Shown here in pieces: positions 30,110-39,259 of a stretch of DNA of 64,000 nt (its first letter is position 1; each line of letters starts with the position of its first letter). Both the position numbers and the translations under genes were made by a program. This stretch comes from Candidatus Latescibacterota bacterium (GTDB taxonomy: Bacteria > Latescibacterota > UBA2968). Below the pieces are notes generated by a model, which did no database searches, was not told where the DNA came from, and saw nothing but the letters and a program-made list of their open reading frames with translations. The stretch is taken from the NCBI GenBank assembly GCA_965204745.1, contig OZ242010.1, forward strand, positions 3,808,001 through 3,872,000, in the 5' to 3' direction.

Positions 30110-30658
30110 ATGGCAACACCAACGCTTGCGACCATGACCGCGGATGAGCTTCTTACAATGCCGCACAATGGGTATCGCTTTGAACTCATCAAAGGAGAAT
30201 TGCACCAGATGCCACCTGCGGGCAGTCAGCACGGACGGATTGCATTGAAAATCGGATGGCGCCTCGCCCAGTACGTGGAAGAAAACGGACTTGGCGAAAC
30301 ATACGCTGCGGAGACGGGATTCATCATTGATACGGCACCGGATACAGTGCGCGCCCCGGATGCCAGCTTTGTAGCCAAAGAACGCGCTGGCACCTTGGGC
30401 GCAGAGGGCTTTTTCCCCGGCGCGCCGGACCTCGCCATCGAGGTCGTTTCGCCAAATGATCGCCCGGTTGAAGTAGAGGACAAAGCCCTCGATTGGTTGC
30501 ACGCCGGCACGCGCATGGTCATCGTGCTCGATCCTCGCAATCGCACGGCGACCATCTATCGCGGCCTCGACGAGGTTCAAACGCTCACCCGTGCCGACAC
30601 CATCGACGGCGGCGATGTCGTGCCCGGATGGACATTGCCGCTTGCTGATGTGTTGTAA
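30110..30658 (+). CDS. Uma2/DUF820 endonuclease-like protein
   Basis: ELIKG, VRAPDASF, PDLAIEVVSP motifs. Confidence 0.9.
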   Translation: MATPTLATMTADELLTMPHNGYRFELIKGELHQMPPAGSQHGRIALKIGWRLAQYVEENGLGETYAAETGFIIDTAPDTVRAPDASFVAKERAGTLGAEGFFPGAPDLAIEVVSPNDRPVEVEDKALDWLHAGTRMVIVLDPRNRTATIYRGLDEVQTLTRADTIDGGDVVPGWTLPLADVL

Positions 30659-30675
30659 AACAAAAAAGTTCAGCT

Positions 30676-30780
30676 ATGACAGCACCACCGCTTGCGACCA
30701 TGACCGCGGATGAGCTTCTTATAATGCCGCACAATGGGTATCGCTTTGAACTCATCAAAGGCGAAAATCAACCAATGTAA
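30676..30780 (+). pseudogene. Truncated tandem duplicate of the Uma2 5' end
   Basis: MTAPPLATMTADELLIMPHNGYRFELIKG is near-identical to the 30110 gene, including upstream caaaa..ttcagct. Confidence 0.85.
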
Positions 30781-30879
30781 CCGTCTCTTTGACAATTCAT
30801 TACAAAGCTGTGTTAAACCCTTAGCCCAAAACGCCATCGGCAAATCGCTGATGGCGTTTGTGTTTGTTGGGCGCGTAGG
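30757..30879. repeat. ~125-bp repeat, copy 1 (direct copy at 32277-32408)
   Basis: aaggcgaaaatca...ttgacaattcattacaaag...aaacgccatcggcaaatcgctgatggcgttt...gggcgcgYagg. Confidence 0.85.
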
Positions 30880-30967
30880 AGTGTGGTTGCTGGATTAAGC
30901 CTTCCATGCATGTGCTAAACCAGGTGCTGATTTGTCGCCTGCTCTTTCTCTTTCCGTTCCACTATTT

Positions 30968-32215
30968 TTACTCGCAGGTGAGTCCGCGGCGCAAGTAGAT
31001 GTTTGTTTTTAAGGGGCTTTGATTGTCGCCGCCGATGCCGCCTGCATTTAGGCCGTGCGTGTAAAGCAACCAGTGACCGCCCGCGAATTTTTGATCGGGT
31101 CGCGTCCAGTCCCAGGCCTCCAGCGCGGGGAGCCAGTTTGCCGCCGTGCCATCGGATTTTGTGAGTTGCGAAAGCACCGCGCCATGTTCGTCGAGCACCG
31201 CGTAGAACAACTCCAACTCGGGGCTGAACCATTCGCACCGCGCTTTGCCCGTTGCAAAGGCAAAGTGCAACCTGCCGCCGCCATCCCTTGACAGCGAGGT
31301 TGCGCGGCCCCCTTCCATGTTCAGGCCATTGAGCGCGGCGGACAAGTCTATCGCGTCCCACCCGTCCTCGTCGCGTTGCCACATCACACCGCTGGCGTAC
31401 CCGGGATACGAGCAGAAGAACCGCGGCTGATCGCGCTCATCCACCACATGATTGCCCACGCGCACGCTGTGCTGACTGTCGCCCCCATCAGGCGCGTGAC
31501 ACACGGCCCGCACCGTTTCTATCGTCAGCGCGTCTTCAACCCGTGCGCCCTCGTTCCACCACGTATCGCCCCCATCTTCTGAGCGCACATAGACCGCTGC
31601 GCGTCCCCGGCAATCGGTTGCGGATCCCGTGTCTCCAAAATGAAATTGGAAGACCACATGCACGGTTCCGGTTGGCCCCACGGTCAACGACTGCATGAAA
31701 TGGTTGTATCCCGGCACCGGACTTATGGCAAGCGTGCGCGGCGCTTCCCAACGCTTGCCCGATTTTTTCCGCAGATACCACAACTGCCACCTGTCCGCAC
31801 GCTCTCGATGCGTTAGATGCAGGGTTCCCTCGCGGTCCACAGCCAAGCTGGGATACGTGGCCCCCGCGCCAAATGCCTCTGGATCGCTCCACGCATTCGG
31901 GTCTTCGGGCCTGTCCGACCACCGATAGACAAATGGCCCATGGTGCGCGCCGATCACCGCGTGCAATCGCCCATTGCGGTCCAATGCCAGTGCAGGGCCG
32001 CAGTGGTTGTCGATGCCCGCGCCAAGTTGAAAGGCCCGCGCCATCGCGCCAGACGCGCTATCGCACACCCCGATCATAATGCGCGCCAATGTGCCCTTTT
32101 GGGCCGGCGCATCCAACCACCCGATGAACAATTTGCCATCGCGCCGAATCAACTTCCCGCTCATGTTGTATCCGGTTCCCCGATCCGATCCCTGCGTCGA
32201 AATCAATGTGTTCAC
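30968..32215 (-). CDS. BNR-repeat (sialidase-fold, BNR_4-like) protein
   Basis: DNHCGPAL, GAHH, ATYP, RSEDGGDTW Asp-box. Confidence 0.8.
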   Translation of the reverse strand: MNTLISTQGSDRGTGYNMSGKLIRRDGKLFIGWLDAPAQKGTLARIMIGVCDSASGAMARAFQLGAGIDNHCGPALALDRNGRLHAVIGAHHGPFVYRWSDRPEDPNAWSDPEAFGAGATYPSLAVDREGTLHLTHRERADRWQLWYLRKKSGKRWEAPRTLAISPVPGYNHFMQSLTVGPTGTVHVVFQFHFGDTGSATDCRGRAAVYVRSEDGGDTWWNEGARVEDALTIETVRAVCHAPDGGDSQHSVRVGNHVVDERDQPRFFCSYPGYASGVMWQRDEDGWDAIDLSAALNGLNMEGGRATSLSRDGGGRLHFAFATGKARCEWFSPELELFYAVLDEHGAVLSQLTKSDGTAANWLPALEAWDWTRPDQKFAGGHWLLYTHGLNAGGIGGDNQSPLKTNIYLRRGLTCE

Positions 32216-32276
32216 AACGACCTTCCTTTCTCAAGATAGCGATCACGGCTAAAAAATAAAATCATGCTACGCGGAT

Positions 32277-32408
32277 AAAAGGCGAAAATCACCCCTTGTA
32301 ACCGTCTCGTTGACAATTCATTACAAAGATGTGTTAAACCCTTAGCCCACGTCAAAAAAACGCCATCGGCAAATCGCTGATGGCGTTTGTGTTTGTTGGG
32401 CGCGCAGG
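32277..32408. repeat. ~130-bp repeat, copy 2, with internal terminator-like hairpin
   Basis: Matches 30757-30879; AAAAAAACGCCATC...GATGGCGTTT stem. Confidence 0.85.
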
Positions 32409-32468
32409 TTGTGTTGCCACATCCTTGAGACAACACACACGCAATATAGCCCAAATTCAACAGGGCAT

Positions 32469-32831
32469 CTACGCTTTCCCAAGTGCGATTGCCTCGCCCG
32501 GCTGGCGTTGGTCAATTCGTTCTCCAACAGACGGGATTTCTGCGAGTTCGCCTTGCAAACGCTGTTCTGCATGCCACAGATCGCACGCTTGTTGCATCCG
32601 CAACCAAAGTTCTGGCCCATTGCCGACGAGTTTCCCTATTCTGAGTGCCATTTCCGGGGTCAAGGGATGCGTGCAAGCCAAAACGCGATGCAATGCTCGA
32701 CGCGAGACCCCGAGGCGTTGCGCCGCTTCGGCAACCGATAAGGCGAGCGATGGCAAGACCTCTTCGCGCAAAATTTCGCCCGGATGAATCGGCACATGCG
32801 CCAATAGACGCTTGACGAGATATTCTGTCAT
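32469..32831 (-). CDS. higA: HigA-family antitoxin (HTH), no adjacent HigB
   Basis: PIHPGEILRE..L....SV.EAA..LGVSR..L, TPEMALRI.K..G.GPELWLRMQ. Confidence 0.88.
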   Translation of the reverse strand: MTEYLVKRLLAHVPIHPGEILREEVLPSLALSVAEAAQRLGVSRRALHRVLACTHPLTPEMALRIGKLVGNGPELWLRMQQACDLWHAEQRLQGELAEIPSVGERIDQRQPGEAIALGKA

Positions 32832-32833
32832 TG

Positions 32834-35800
32834 TCACCCTAAATGATGCCGCATATCCCACAATCTCTTTCGCAGTTGCTCAAAGGTGTAGAAGCTAAAG
32901 CCAATGCCGCGAACCCGCCTGAGTTCGTCAAGGCGTTGAAATGGTCCATTCCGCGTGCGGTAAGCCACGATGTTTTTCGCAACGTCAGGGCGAAGGTCGA
33001 GCCTGTCCGCAAGCACTTTTGCACTTTCACTATTGATAAAGCGCAAGGCAGATTGTCCAATTTGTTCGGTTTGGGTGGCTTGTTCGTCGCTAATTTTGGC
33101 TTCTCTGTGGGCAGTGACCACATTGCTACTCAAACGATGCCGCATATCCCACAATCTCTTTCGCAGTTGCTCAAAGGTGTAGAAGCCGATGCCGCGAACC
33201 CGCCTGAGTTCGTCAAGGCGTTGAAACTGCCCGTTCTGTGTGCGGTAGGCCACGATTTTTTTCGCAACGTCAGGGCTGCGGAGCTTTCCAAACTCGTCTG
33301 CAAGCGAATCCGCGCTTGCACTATTGATGAATTGCAAGGCAGATTGTTCAAATTGTTCGGTGGCGGATTGGGTGGCTTGTTCGTCGCTAATTTTGGCTTC
33401 TCTGTGGGCAGTGACCACATTGCTACTCGCTGGTAGTTCCGGGTTCTCAAAGCGAGGTTTGTCCGTTCTTTTTGGGGGTTGCGAATGTTCTTGGGGCAGA
33501 GCAGATGGTTTTTCAGGCTGTTCAGCGGTGGTCGGGATGTATTTCCCACCTTTGATAGAACCTTGCCGTTTCACCGCTGATCCCTTGTTGCTTGGCGGTG
33601 GCGAGGCTTGTTCGGACTTCGGGGCAGGGGCAGATGACAGACGGGTCATTGCTTCGTTGCCCTGCGGTCGCAATGACCAAAAAACTTCATCAACCGCTTT
33701 GAGCATCTCTTTTTTAATTTTCTCCATCTTGGCCTTAATTGGGGTAAAATCCCTTTCTTGAGAATTTTTGATATTGTCAATTTTTTCTGATAGGACATCC
33801 TGTTCATCAAGAGGAATCTTAGTAGAAAGTATCTCGAGATCGAGAGAATTGAGTTCTTTCATCAATAATTCAGCGGTGTGCTCGTCTTTGCGAATCGCAT
33901 CCTCGTACATTGCAAAAACGCTTTCAATCCCCCCTCTCAATTCAGTCTCAATCTCCTCTTTCGGCTGATTTTCCCTGCGGAAAAAGTCATGCAAAGACAC
34001 CCCATCCTCATCAAACGAGTATTCCTTGCCGCGGATGGCACTGTACGCGCTGATTCCCACAGGCTCAATGTCCACATCCTCAAGCGTCTCCTTTACCTCA
34101 TCCAAAATATCTTTTAAGTCGCTTGGACTTTTGAGATCTGCCTTGTTCAAAACCACGTAAAACGGCAATCCGTTCAGTTCCAGATCTTCTATGAAATCGA
34201 GATCGTCCTGTGGAATGGTACCGGTGGCGTCCAACCCAATCATCCAGATCAGGGCATCCCGGTCTTTTAGAACCTCGGCGGCGGTTTTCCTGTCCTCGCC
34301 GGTATTCCCTCCGGCCGGGTTGTAGCCCGGCGTGTCTATCAGACAGATATTTTCAAACAGACCTTCGTCTAAAGGGACTTCCACAGTAATATAAGGCATG
34401 TGGTCTTTGAGCTTAAAGGAAAATGACTCGACGAACCTGTGGGACAGTTGGCTGTAAAGGTCAGGCGCGATATCCACTGTGGCCCCGTCACGGGAGAATC
34501 CCTTGATAGAAACCTCGGGATTGGAGATCACAAAAGAGGGGATGGCTGTGGCGGGTTCGATGCCAACGGGCATTTTCACGTCTGGCTTTTTGATAAAGCT
34601 ATTGACGAACTCGGACTTGCCACTGCTGAAGCCCCCACCAATGGCAATGGATTTCTTCATGAAAGTGTGGGGGAAGGCCACGATCTCTTCCAAGCGTTTC
34701 TCGAGAGATTGCAATTTTTGCACGGCATCCGCCTCGTCGGCCAGCGAGGATTCCTCATTGGCAAAGTCCATAAACTCCTTGTCAAAGAGTTTCTTGAATT
34801 TCACAAATGCCTCATTTTCACTGGATTTGGGAGTAAGCAGGTCGGAGACCAATTTGTATTTCTGATCCAACTCATCGAAGTTGTGACGCGCTTTGGTCAA
34901 ATCGGTCTCTGTTTGATCGTGCTCCTCGCGCAACGCATTGTGCTCCTCATGCAACGCATTGAGGGCGTCCGTTTTCTCGGCATGTTTTTCGCGCTCTTCG
35001 GTCAGGGCCGTCGTTGTCTGGTTGTGTTCCTCCAACAATTTGGGCCAATCTGTCTGCATGTATTCCTCATGCAGTGAGTTGTATTTTTTTTGTTCATCGC
35101 GCAACTCGGCCTTTGTTTGCTCGTGTTCTGCACGCGCTTCGTCCAAGGCGGTCGTTGCACGCTCCAATTCCATTGTTGTCCGCTCGTGTTTTGCATGCAA
35201 CTGTTGAAGGTCATGCTGGGCCTTGTCTAAGGCGGCTGTTACGCGCTCGTGTTCTGCACGCGCTTCGTCCAAGGCCCCAGTTTTGCGATTCAAATCCGCC
35301 GTTGTCTGTTCGTGCGCTTTTTGCAACTGCTGAACGCGATGCCGGGCCTGCTCTAAATCGGTTGCTGTCCGATCATTCTTTTCCGTTAGGGCACCATGCG
35401 CTTTTTGCAACTGCTGAAAACGATGCCGTGAGTTGTCCAAGGCGGCCTTTGTCTGAGCGTGTTCTGCACGCGCTTCGCCCAAGGCCCCGGTTTTGCGATT
35501 CAAATCGACCGTTGTCTGCTCGTGCGCTTTTTGCAACTGCTGAACGCGATGCCGGGCCTGCTCTAAATCGGTTGCTGTCCGATCATTCTTTTCAGTTAGG
35601 GCACCATGCGCGGTTTGCAACTGCTGAAAACGATGCCGCGAGTTGTCCAAGGCGGTCTTTGTCTGAGCGTGTTCTGCATGCGCTTCGCCCAAGGCCCCGG
35701 TTTTGCGATTCAAATCGGCCGTTGTCTGTTCGTGCGCGGTTTGCAACTTTGCCAAATTTTTGGTCGCACGCTCGTATGCTACACGCAACTTCTGATAGAC

Positions 35801-35845
35801 TGGCCGATTTTGAATAAATTTTTCCCAAAGAGATTTCAGACTCAT
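32834..35845 (-). CDS. Dynamin-like GTPase with N-terminal 70-aa coiled-coil repeats and two C-terminal ComEA-type HhH domains
   Basis: GGFSSGKS (G1), ATAIP (G2), DTPG (G3), NKAD (G4); INSAS..L...A..IV.YR..NG.F..LDEL.RV.GIG..T.E.LR twice. Confidence 0.85.
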   Translation of the reverse strand: MSLKSLWEKFIQNRPVYQKLRVAYERATKNLAKLQTAHEQTTADLNRKTGALGEAHAEHAQTKTALDNSRHRFQQLQTAHGALTEKNDRTATDLEQARHRVQQLQKAHEQTTVDLNRKTGALGEARAEHAQTKAALDNSRHRFQQLQKAHGALTEKNDRTATDLEQARHRVQQLQKAHEQTTADLNRKTGALDEARAEHERVTAALDKAQHDLQQLHAKHERTTMELERATTALDEARAEHEQTKAELRDEQKKYNSLHEEYMQTDWPKLLEEHNQTTTALTEEREKHAEKTDALNALHEEHNALREEHDQTETDLTKARHNFDELDQKYKLVSDLLTPKSSENEAFVKFKKLFDKEFMDFANEESSLADEADAVQKLQSLEKRLEEIVAFPHTFMKKSIAIGGGFSSGKSEFVNSFIKKPDVKMPVGIEPATAIPSFVISNPEVSIKGFSRDGATVDIAPDLYSQLSHRFVESFSFKLKDHMPYITVEVPLDEGLFENICLIDTPGYNPAGGNTGEDRKTAAEVLKDRDALIWMIGLDATGTIPQDDLDFIEDLELNGLPFYVVLNKADLKSPSDLKDILDEVKETLEDVDIEPVGISAYSAIRGKEYSFDEDGVSLHDFFRRENQPKEEIETELRGGIESVFAMYEDAIRKDEHTAELLMKELNSLDLEILSTKIPLDEQDVLSEKIDNIKNSQERDFTPIKAKMEKIKKEMLKAVDEVFWSLRPQGNEAMTRLSSAPAPKSEQASPPPSNKGSAVKRQGSIKGGKYIPTTAEQPEKPSALPQEHSQPPKRTDKPRFENPELPASSNVVTAHREAKISDEQATQSATEQFEQSALQFINSASADSLADEFGKLRSPDVAKKIVAYRTQNGQFQRLDELRRVRGIGFYTFEQLRKRLWDMRHRLSSNVVTAHREAKISDEQATQTEQIGQSALRFINSESAKVLADRLDLRPDVAKNIVAYRTRNGPFQRLDELRRVRGIGFSFYTFEQLRKRLWDMRHHLG

Positions 35846-38070
35846 GGGTTCACCTCCACTTTTTTCAATTCATCCTTGAGGCGGCTGATTCGCTTCAATT
35901 CCATTTCCTTGTTTTCAATGGATTTCTCAAGCGCGTCAAGTTCCTTTTTCGTGCGCTCTAGAAGTTGCTCATCCAACCGAACTCTCTTCATTTCTGCGGT
36001 GAGACTTCTCGTGTACTCTTTTATTTTTGTATTAAATTCATTGTAAAGTGTGAAGCGAAGGTATTCGTCCGCCTCCTGAGCAAATTTTTCCGCCTTTTTG
36101 CCCTTCAACACGCCTTGGGGTCTTAAGGACTTTGGCAGTGAGGGGCCAAACGTATCGTCAGGAAGGGATATGTCGGCGACAGCATTCCTGATGACCCGCC
36201 TGATCATCGAGGCTTCCAAACTCTCATCATCAAAGTGTTCCTGCAAAATTTTGGCCATCTCCTTGATGAGTTCATTCCGCCACTCAGTCTTTTTATTTTC
36301 TGCTATGGTTTTGAACTCTCTACCGATATCACTGGCAAACAGCGACAGGTCATGAGAAACGGCATTGGTGCGAATGGTCTTACTGGTTTCACTATACTGT
36401 TCGTAACCACCTCCAAACCATCTGGCAATCCCTGCAAAAACCCCTCTCTTTTTACGCTCTTTGGTTTCAGTCACTTCGCCTATCGCACTCTCGATATTTT
36501 TGCTTAACGCCTGTTTTTGTCTGTCGAGTTCTCCCCGAAGTTCCCGATTCAGCGAGTTTGTGCGCTGTGTCACCGATTCCTCGTAATCCAATTTGATGTC
36601 CCATGAAGCATCATTGAGAGCCTTTGTCAATGTTGCGCGCTGTGCCTTGATTTTTCCAATATCCGTACGTTTGATTTCGGACTGCCGCTCGTCGGCAAAC
36701 GCGAGCAGGCCATCCTTCAAGGCGTGCAGAGACTGGCGTTTGGCGTGGATGTACTCCATCCGCCTTTGCGTGATGATGTCGTCCTTTTTCGCGCGCACCG
36801 TCGAGACGATGTTTTGGATGGTCAAGATGTTGGACAACTTGTTCAAATTGACGCCCGACAAGCGCGCGTCCGCATCGGAGAAATAGTCTGGATAATCGTA
36901 CAGCAGATTGCCCCAAGCGTTCTGCATCCCCTCGTCCCACTTCTCCCGTTGTCCAAAAAGTTGCTTCAGGCTTTCGCACATTCCCGACGAGTAAATGATC
37001 TTGCTCTGGCCTTCGAGCAACTGATCGTAGGTATCGCCCACTTCGGGATTGTTATCTTTCAAATCCGCGATAACCTTGCTCAATTGGTCTCCAAGCACCC
37101 TGGTGAGACTCTCCAACACGCGATCCAACTGCCCGCCGTTCTCATCCTTCAGATTGCCGAAAAGCTGGGTATCTGCTTGGGCCGCCACGACAAACAGTTC
37201 CCGGATGCCTTCCTTACTGGTGATTCGGTCCATCAATTCCAAATCCACAGTATTCAAAAACTGCCCCGACGGACTGAGAACCAACACCACATCGCATTGG
37301 TTCAAGTGTTCTCGCGTCCGCTCCTCGCGGGACTGCACCGGGTCGTTGATGCCCGGCGTATCCACGATTTCTATGTCCTTCAGATTTTCTTGGGGAAGCC
37401 GAATGTTGACGCTTTTGGTAAAGGGCATGTACCTGCCATCCGCGCCGACATACGCCTCTAATTGAGCCTGCAAATCAGAATCACTGCCGAACTCGAGAAG
37501 GCGATTCTCGGTCAAGGATTCCCCGGTAGCCTCCATTTTCTCGTATTGTTCATGCGCGGCAGAGAGTTCGACATTCTCCCGCATCTCCCGATTGGCCCTG
37601 CTTTTCGCCCGCTCCTCTGGGGATCGAGATCGGGTTTTTCTCTGCTGTTCTTGCGCTAGGGCTGTCCTGTACCGGTCGTCCCATTGCCTGTTGTACTCGT
37701 CGTAATTCGCCTTGATATTCTCAATGTCGGCTTGGGTAAAAAATTCCACTTCCGCGGACGGGGTTTTGCCATGCGAAAGCGTGGTCAAGGCCGCGGTCAT
37801 CGGCGTAGCGGCCTTGGGGAGAATGCTTTGCCCGTCAAAGATGAGGGCGTTCAGCAACGAGGATTTCCCGGATTTGACCCGGCCCAAGATGCCGATCTTC
37901 AGCAGACGACCTTCAGTGGCAATCGACTCCAAATCCGTTTGCAAGTTCTCGCTCGTGGGAACGCTGTGTTCCCGACAGATGCGTTGGGCCTCGTCCCCGA
38001 GAAAATCGTGGTAACGGCCCGTGACACCTTCCAACTTTTCCCTGAAAGCGACAATTCCATTCTGATTCAT
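35842..38070 (-). CDS. Dynamin-like GTPase (742 aa from the native ATG)
   Basis: GRVKSGKS, TPMT, DTPGINDP, AQAD; helical C-terminus with amphipathic GVFAGIARWFGG; ATGA overlap with the next gene. Confidence 0.9.
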   Translation of the reverse strand: MNQNGIVAFREKLEGVTGRYHDFLGDEAQRICREHSVPTSENLQTDLESIATEGRLLKIGILGRVKSGKSSLLNALIFDGQSILPKAATPMTAALTTLSHGKTPSAEVEFFTQADIENIKANYDEYNRQWDDRYRTALAQEQQRKTRSRSPEERAKSRANREMRENVELSAAHEQYEKMEATGESLTENRLLEFGSDSDLQAQLEAYVGADGRYMPFTKSVNIRLPQENLKDIEIVDTPGINDPVQSREERTREHLNQCDVVLVLSPSGQFLNTVDLELMDRITSKEGIRELFVVAAQADTQLFGNLKDENGGQLDRVLESLTRVLGDQLSKVIADLKDNNPEVGDTYDQLLEGQSKIIYSSGMCESLKQLFGQREKWDEGMQNAWGNLLYDYPDYFSDADARLSGVNLNKLSNILTIQNIVSTVRAKKDDIITQRRMEYIHAKRQSLHALKDGLLAFADERQSEIKRTDIGKIKAQRATLTKALNDASWDIKLDYEESVTQRTNSLNRELRGELDRQKQALSKNIESAIGEVTETKERKKRGVFAGIARWFGGGYEQYSETSKTIRTNAVSHDLSLFASDIGREFKTIAENKKTEWRNELIKEMAKILQEHFDDESLEASMIRRVIRNAVADISLPDDTFGPSLPKSLRPQGVLKGKKAEKFAQEADEYLRFTLYNEFNTKIKEYTRSLTAEMKRVRLDEQLLERTKKELDALEKSIENKEMELKRISRLKDELKKVEVNP

Positions 38071-38071
38071 G

Positions 38072-39151
38072 TAGGACTTACGCAAAAAAGAACAGGATCG
38101 AACCCCCATCCTCACTTTGGAGGTCTGTATGGCGAAACCAACGCGCTTGGATTACTGCCAGTATCTGCTTAGCAGTCCGCTCAATTATACCCTGACTCAT
38201 TTCGCAGATCACAGCGACCGGTTCACGCATGATATGCTCAACCGCTATCTGGGTGGGGATCGCGTCTCGCCGCGTGTGATCTGGAAAAACGTCAAACCCC
38301 ACCTCACGTCGACCGCAAAGGGCGTAATTCTCTTTGATGACACGGTCTTAGATAAGCGCTATGCCAAAAAGATGGCTCTCGTGCGTCGGCAATACAGTGG
38401 CAATGCGAAGGGGGTCATCTCGGGGATCGGTGTGGTGACGTGTGTGTATGTCAATCCGATTCAAGATCGGTTTTGGCTGATTGACTATCGCATTTACGAT
38501 CCGCAAGGGGATGGAAAAACCAAGTTAGACCACGTCAAAGAGATGTTGTCACTCTTGGTCTATCACAAAAAACTGCCTTTTGAGCGAGTGGTGATGGATA
38601 CTTGGTATGCCACCAAAGCGGTCATGCTTCACATTGAGCACTTGCAAAAGACCTATTACTGTCCTATCAAAAAGAATCGCCTCGTGGACGATTCGTCAGG
38701 TGAAAACCCCTATCAACGGGTCGATGCCTTAACTTGGACAAAACGCGAACAGGCCACAGGAAAACGCATGAAACTCAGAGGGTTCCCTAAAAACCACAAG
38801 GTGAACGTATTCCGGGTCGCGTCTGCGACGAGACGCACGGCGTATATCGTAACCAACGACTTGACTCAAACCGACCCGTCAGTGGCACAAGCGGTGTGCC
38901 ACTTGCGTTGGAAGATTGAGCAAGTTCACCGGGAAGCAAAACAGGTAACGGGGCTTGAAAAGTGTCAATGCCGATTGGCACGCATTGTGCGAAACCACAT
39001 CGCGTGTGCCTTTCTCGTTTGGGGACGACTGACCCAAGTCGCCTATCAGACTGGACAAACCATCTATCAAGTCAAACATGGCTTATGGGAGGATTATTTG
39101 AGACAACAACTCAAAACACCGGCGATACCAATGACCCTGGCGTAAGTCCTA
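38072..39151 (+). mobile_element. IS701-like insertion sequence, copy 1
   Basis: TAGGACTTACGC terminal inverted repeats; 5-bp TCATG target duplication (38067-71 and 39152-56). Confidence 0.9.
38117..39145 (+). CDS. IS701-family DDE transposase
   Basis: FDDTVLDK, QYSG, MDTWY, RWKIEQVHREAKQ..G...CQ.R motifs. Confidence 0.88.
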   Translation: MEVCMAKPTRLDYCQYLLSSPLNYTLTHFADHSDRFTHDMLNRYLGGDRVSPRVIWKNVKPHLTSTAKGVILFDDTVLDKRYAKKMALVRRQYSGNAKGVISGIGVVTCVYVNPIQDRFWLIDYRIYDPQGDGKTKLDHVKEMLSLLVYHKKLPFERVVMDTWYATKAVMLHIEHLQKTYYCPIKKNRLVDDSSGENPYQRVDALTWTKREQATGKRMKLRGFPKNHKVNVFRVASATRRTAYIVTNDLTQTDPSVAQAVCHLRWKIEQVHREAKQVTGLEKCQCRLARIVRNHIACAFLVWGRLTQVAYQTGQTIYQVKHGLWEDYLRQQLKTPAIPMTLA

Positions 39152-39259
39152 TCATGTTCGTTCTCCTTGTAAGGCGGTAAGAGGTAAGGCGGGAGACGGG
39201 AGAGGTGAGACAACCCCGCCCAACGCCTAAGTGGTCAGCGGAAGTTTAGCCACAAAAAC

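Noticed and set aside
32385-32408. tRNA 3'-end/att remnant (CCTGCGCGCCCAACA on minus)
   Set aside because: No T-arm GTTCRA, no CCA and no integrase; better explained as a repeat end.
32845-33430. Diversity-generating retroelement TR/VR pair in the duplicated C-termini
   Set aside because: No reverse transcriptase in the window; the differences include indels and are not adenine-specific.
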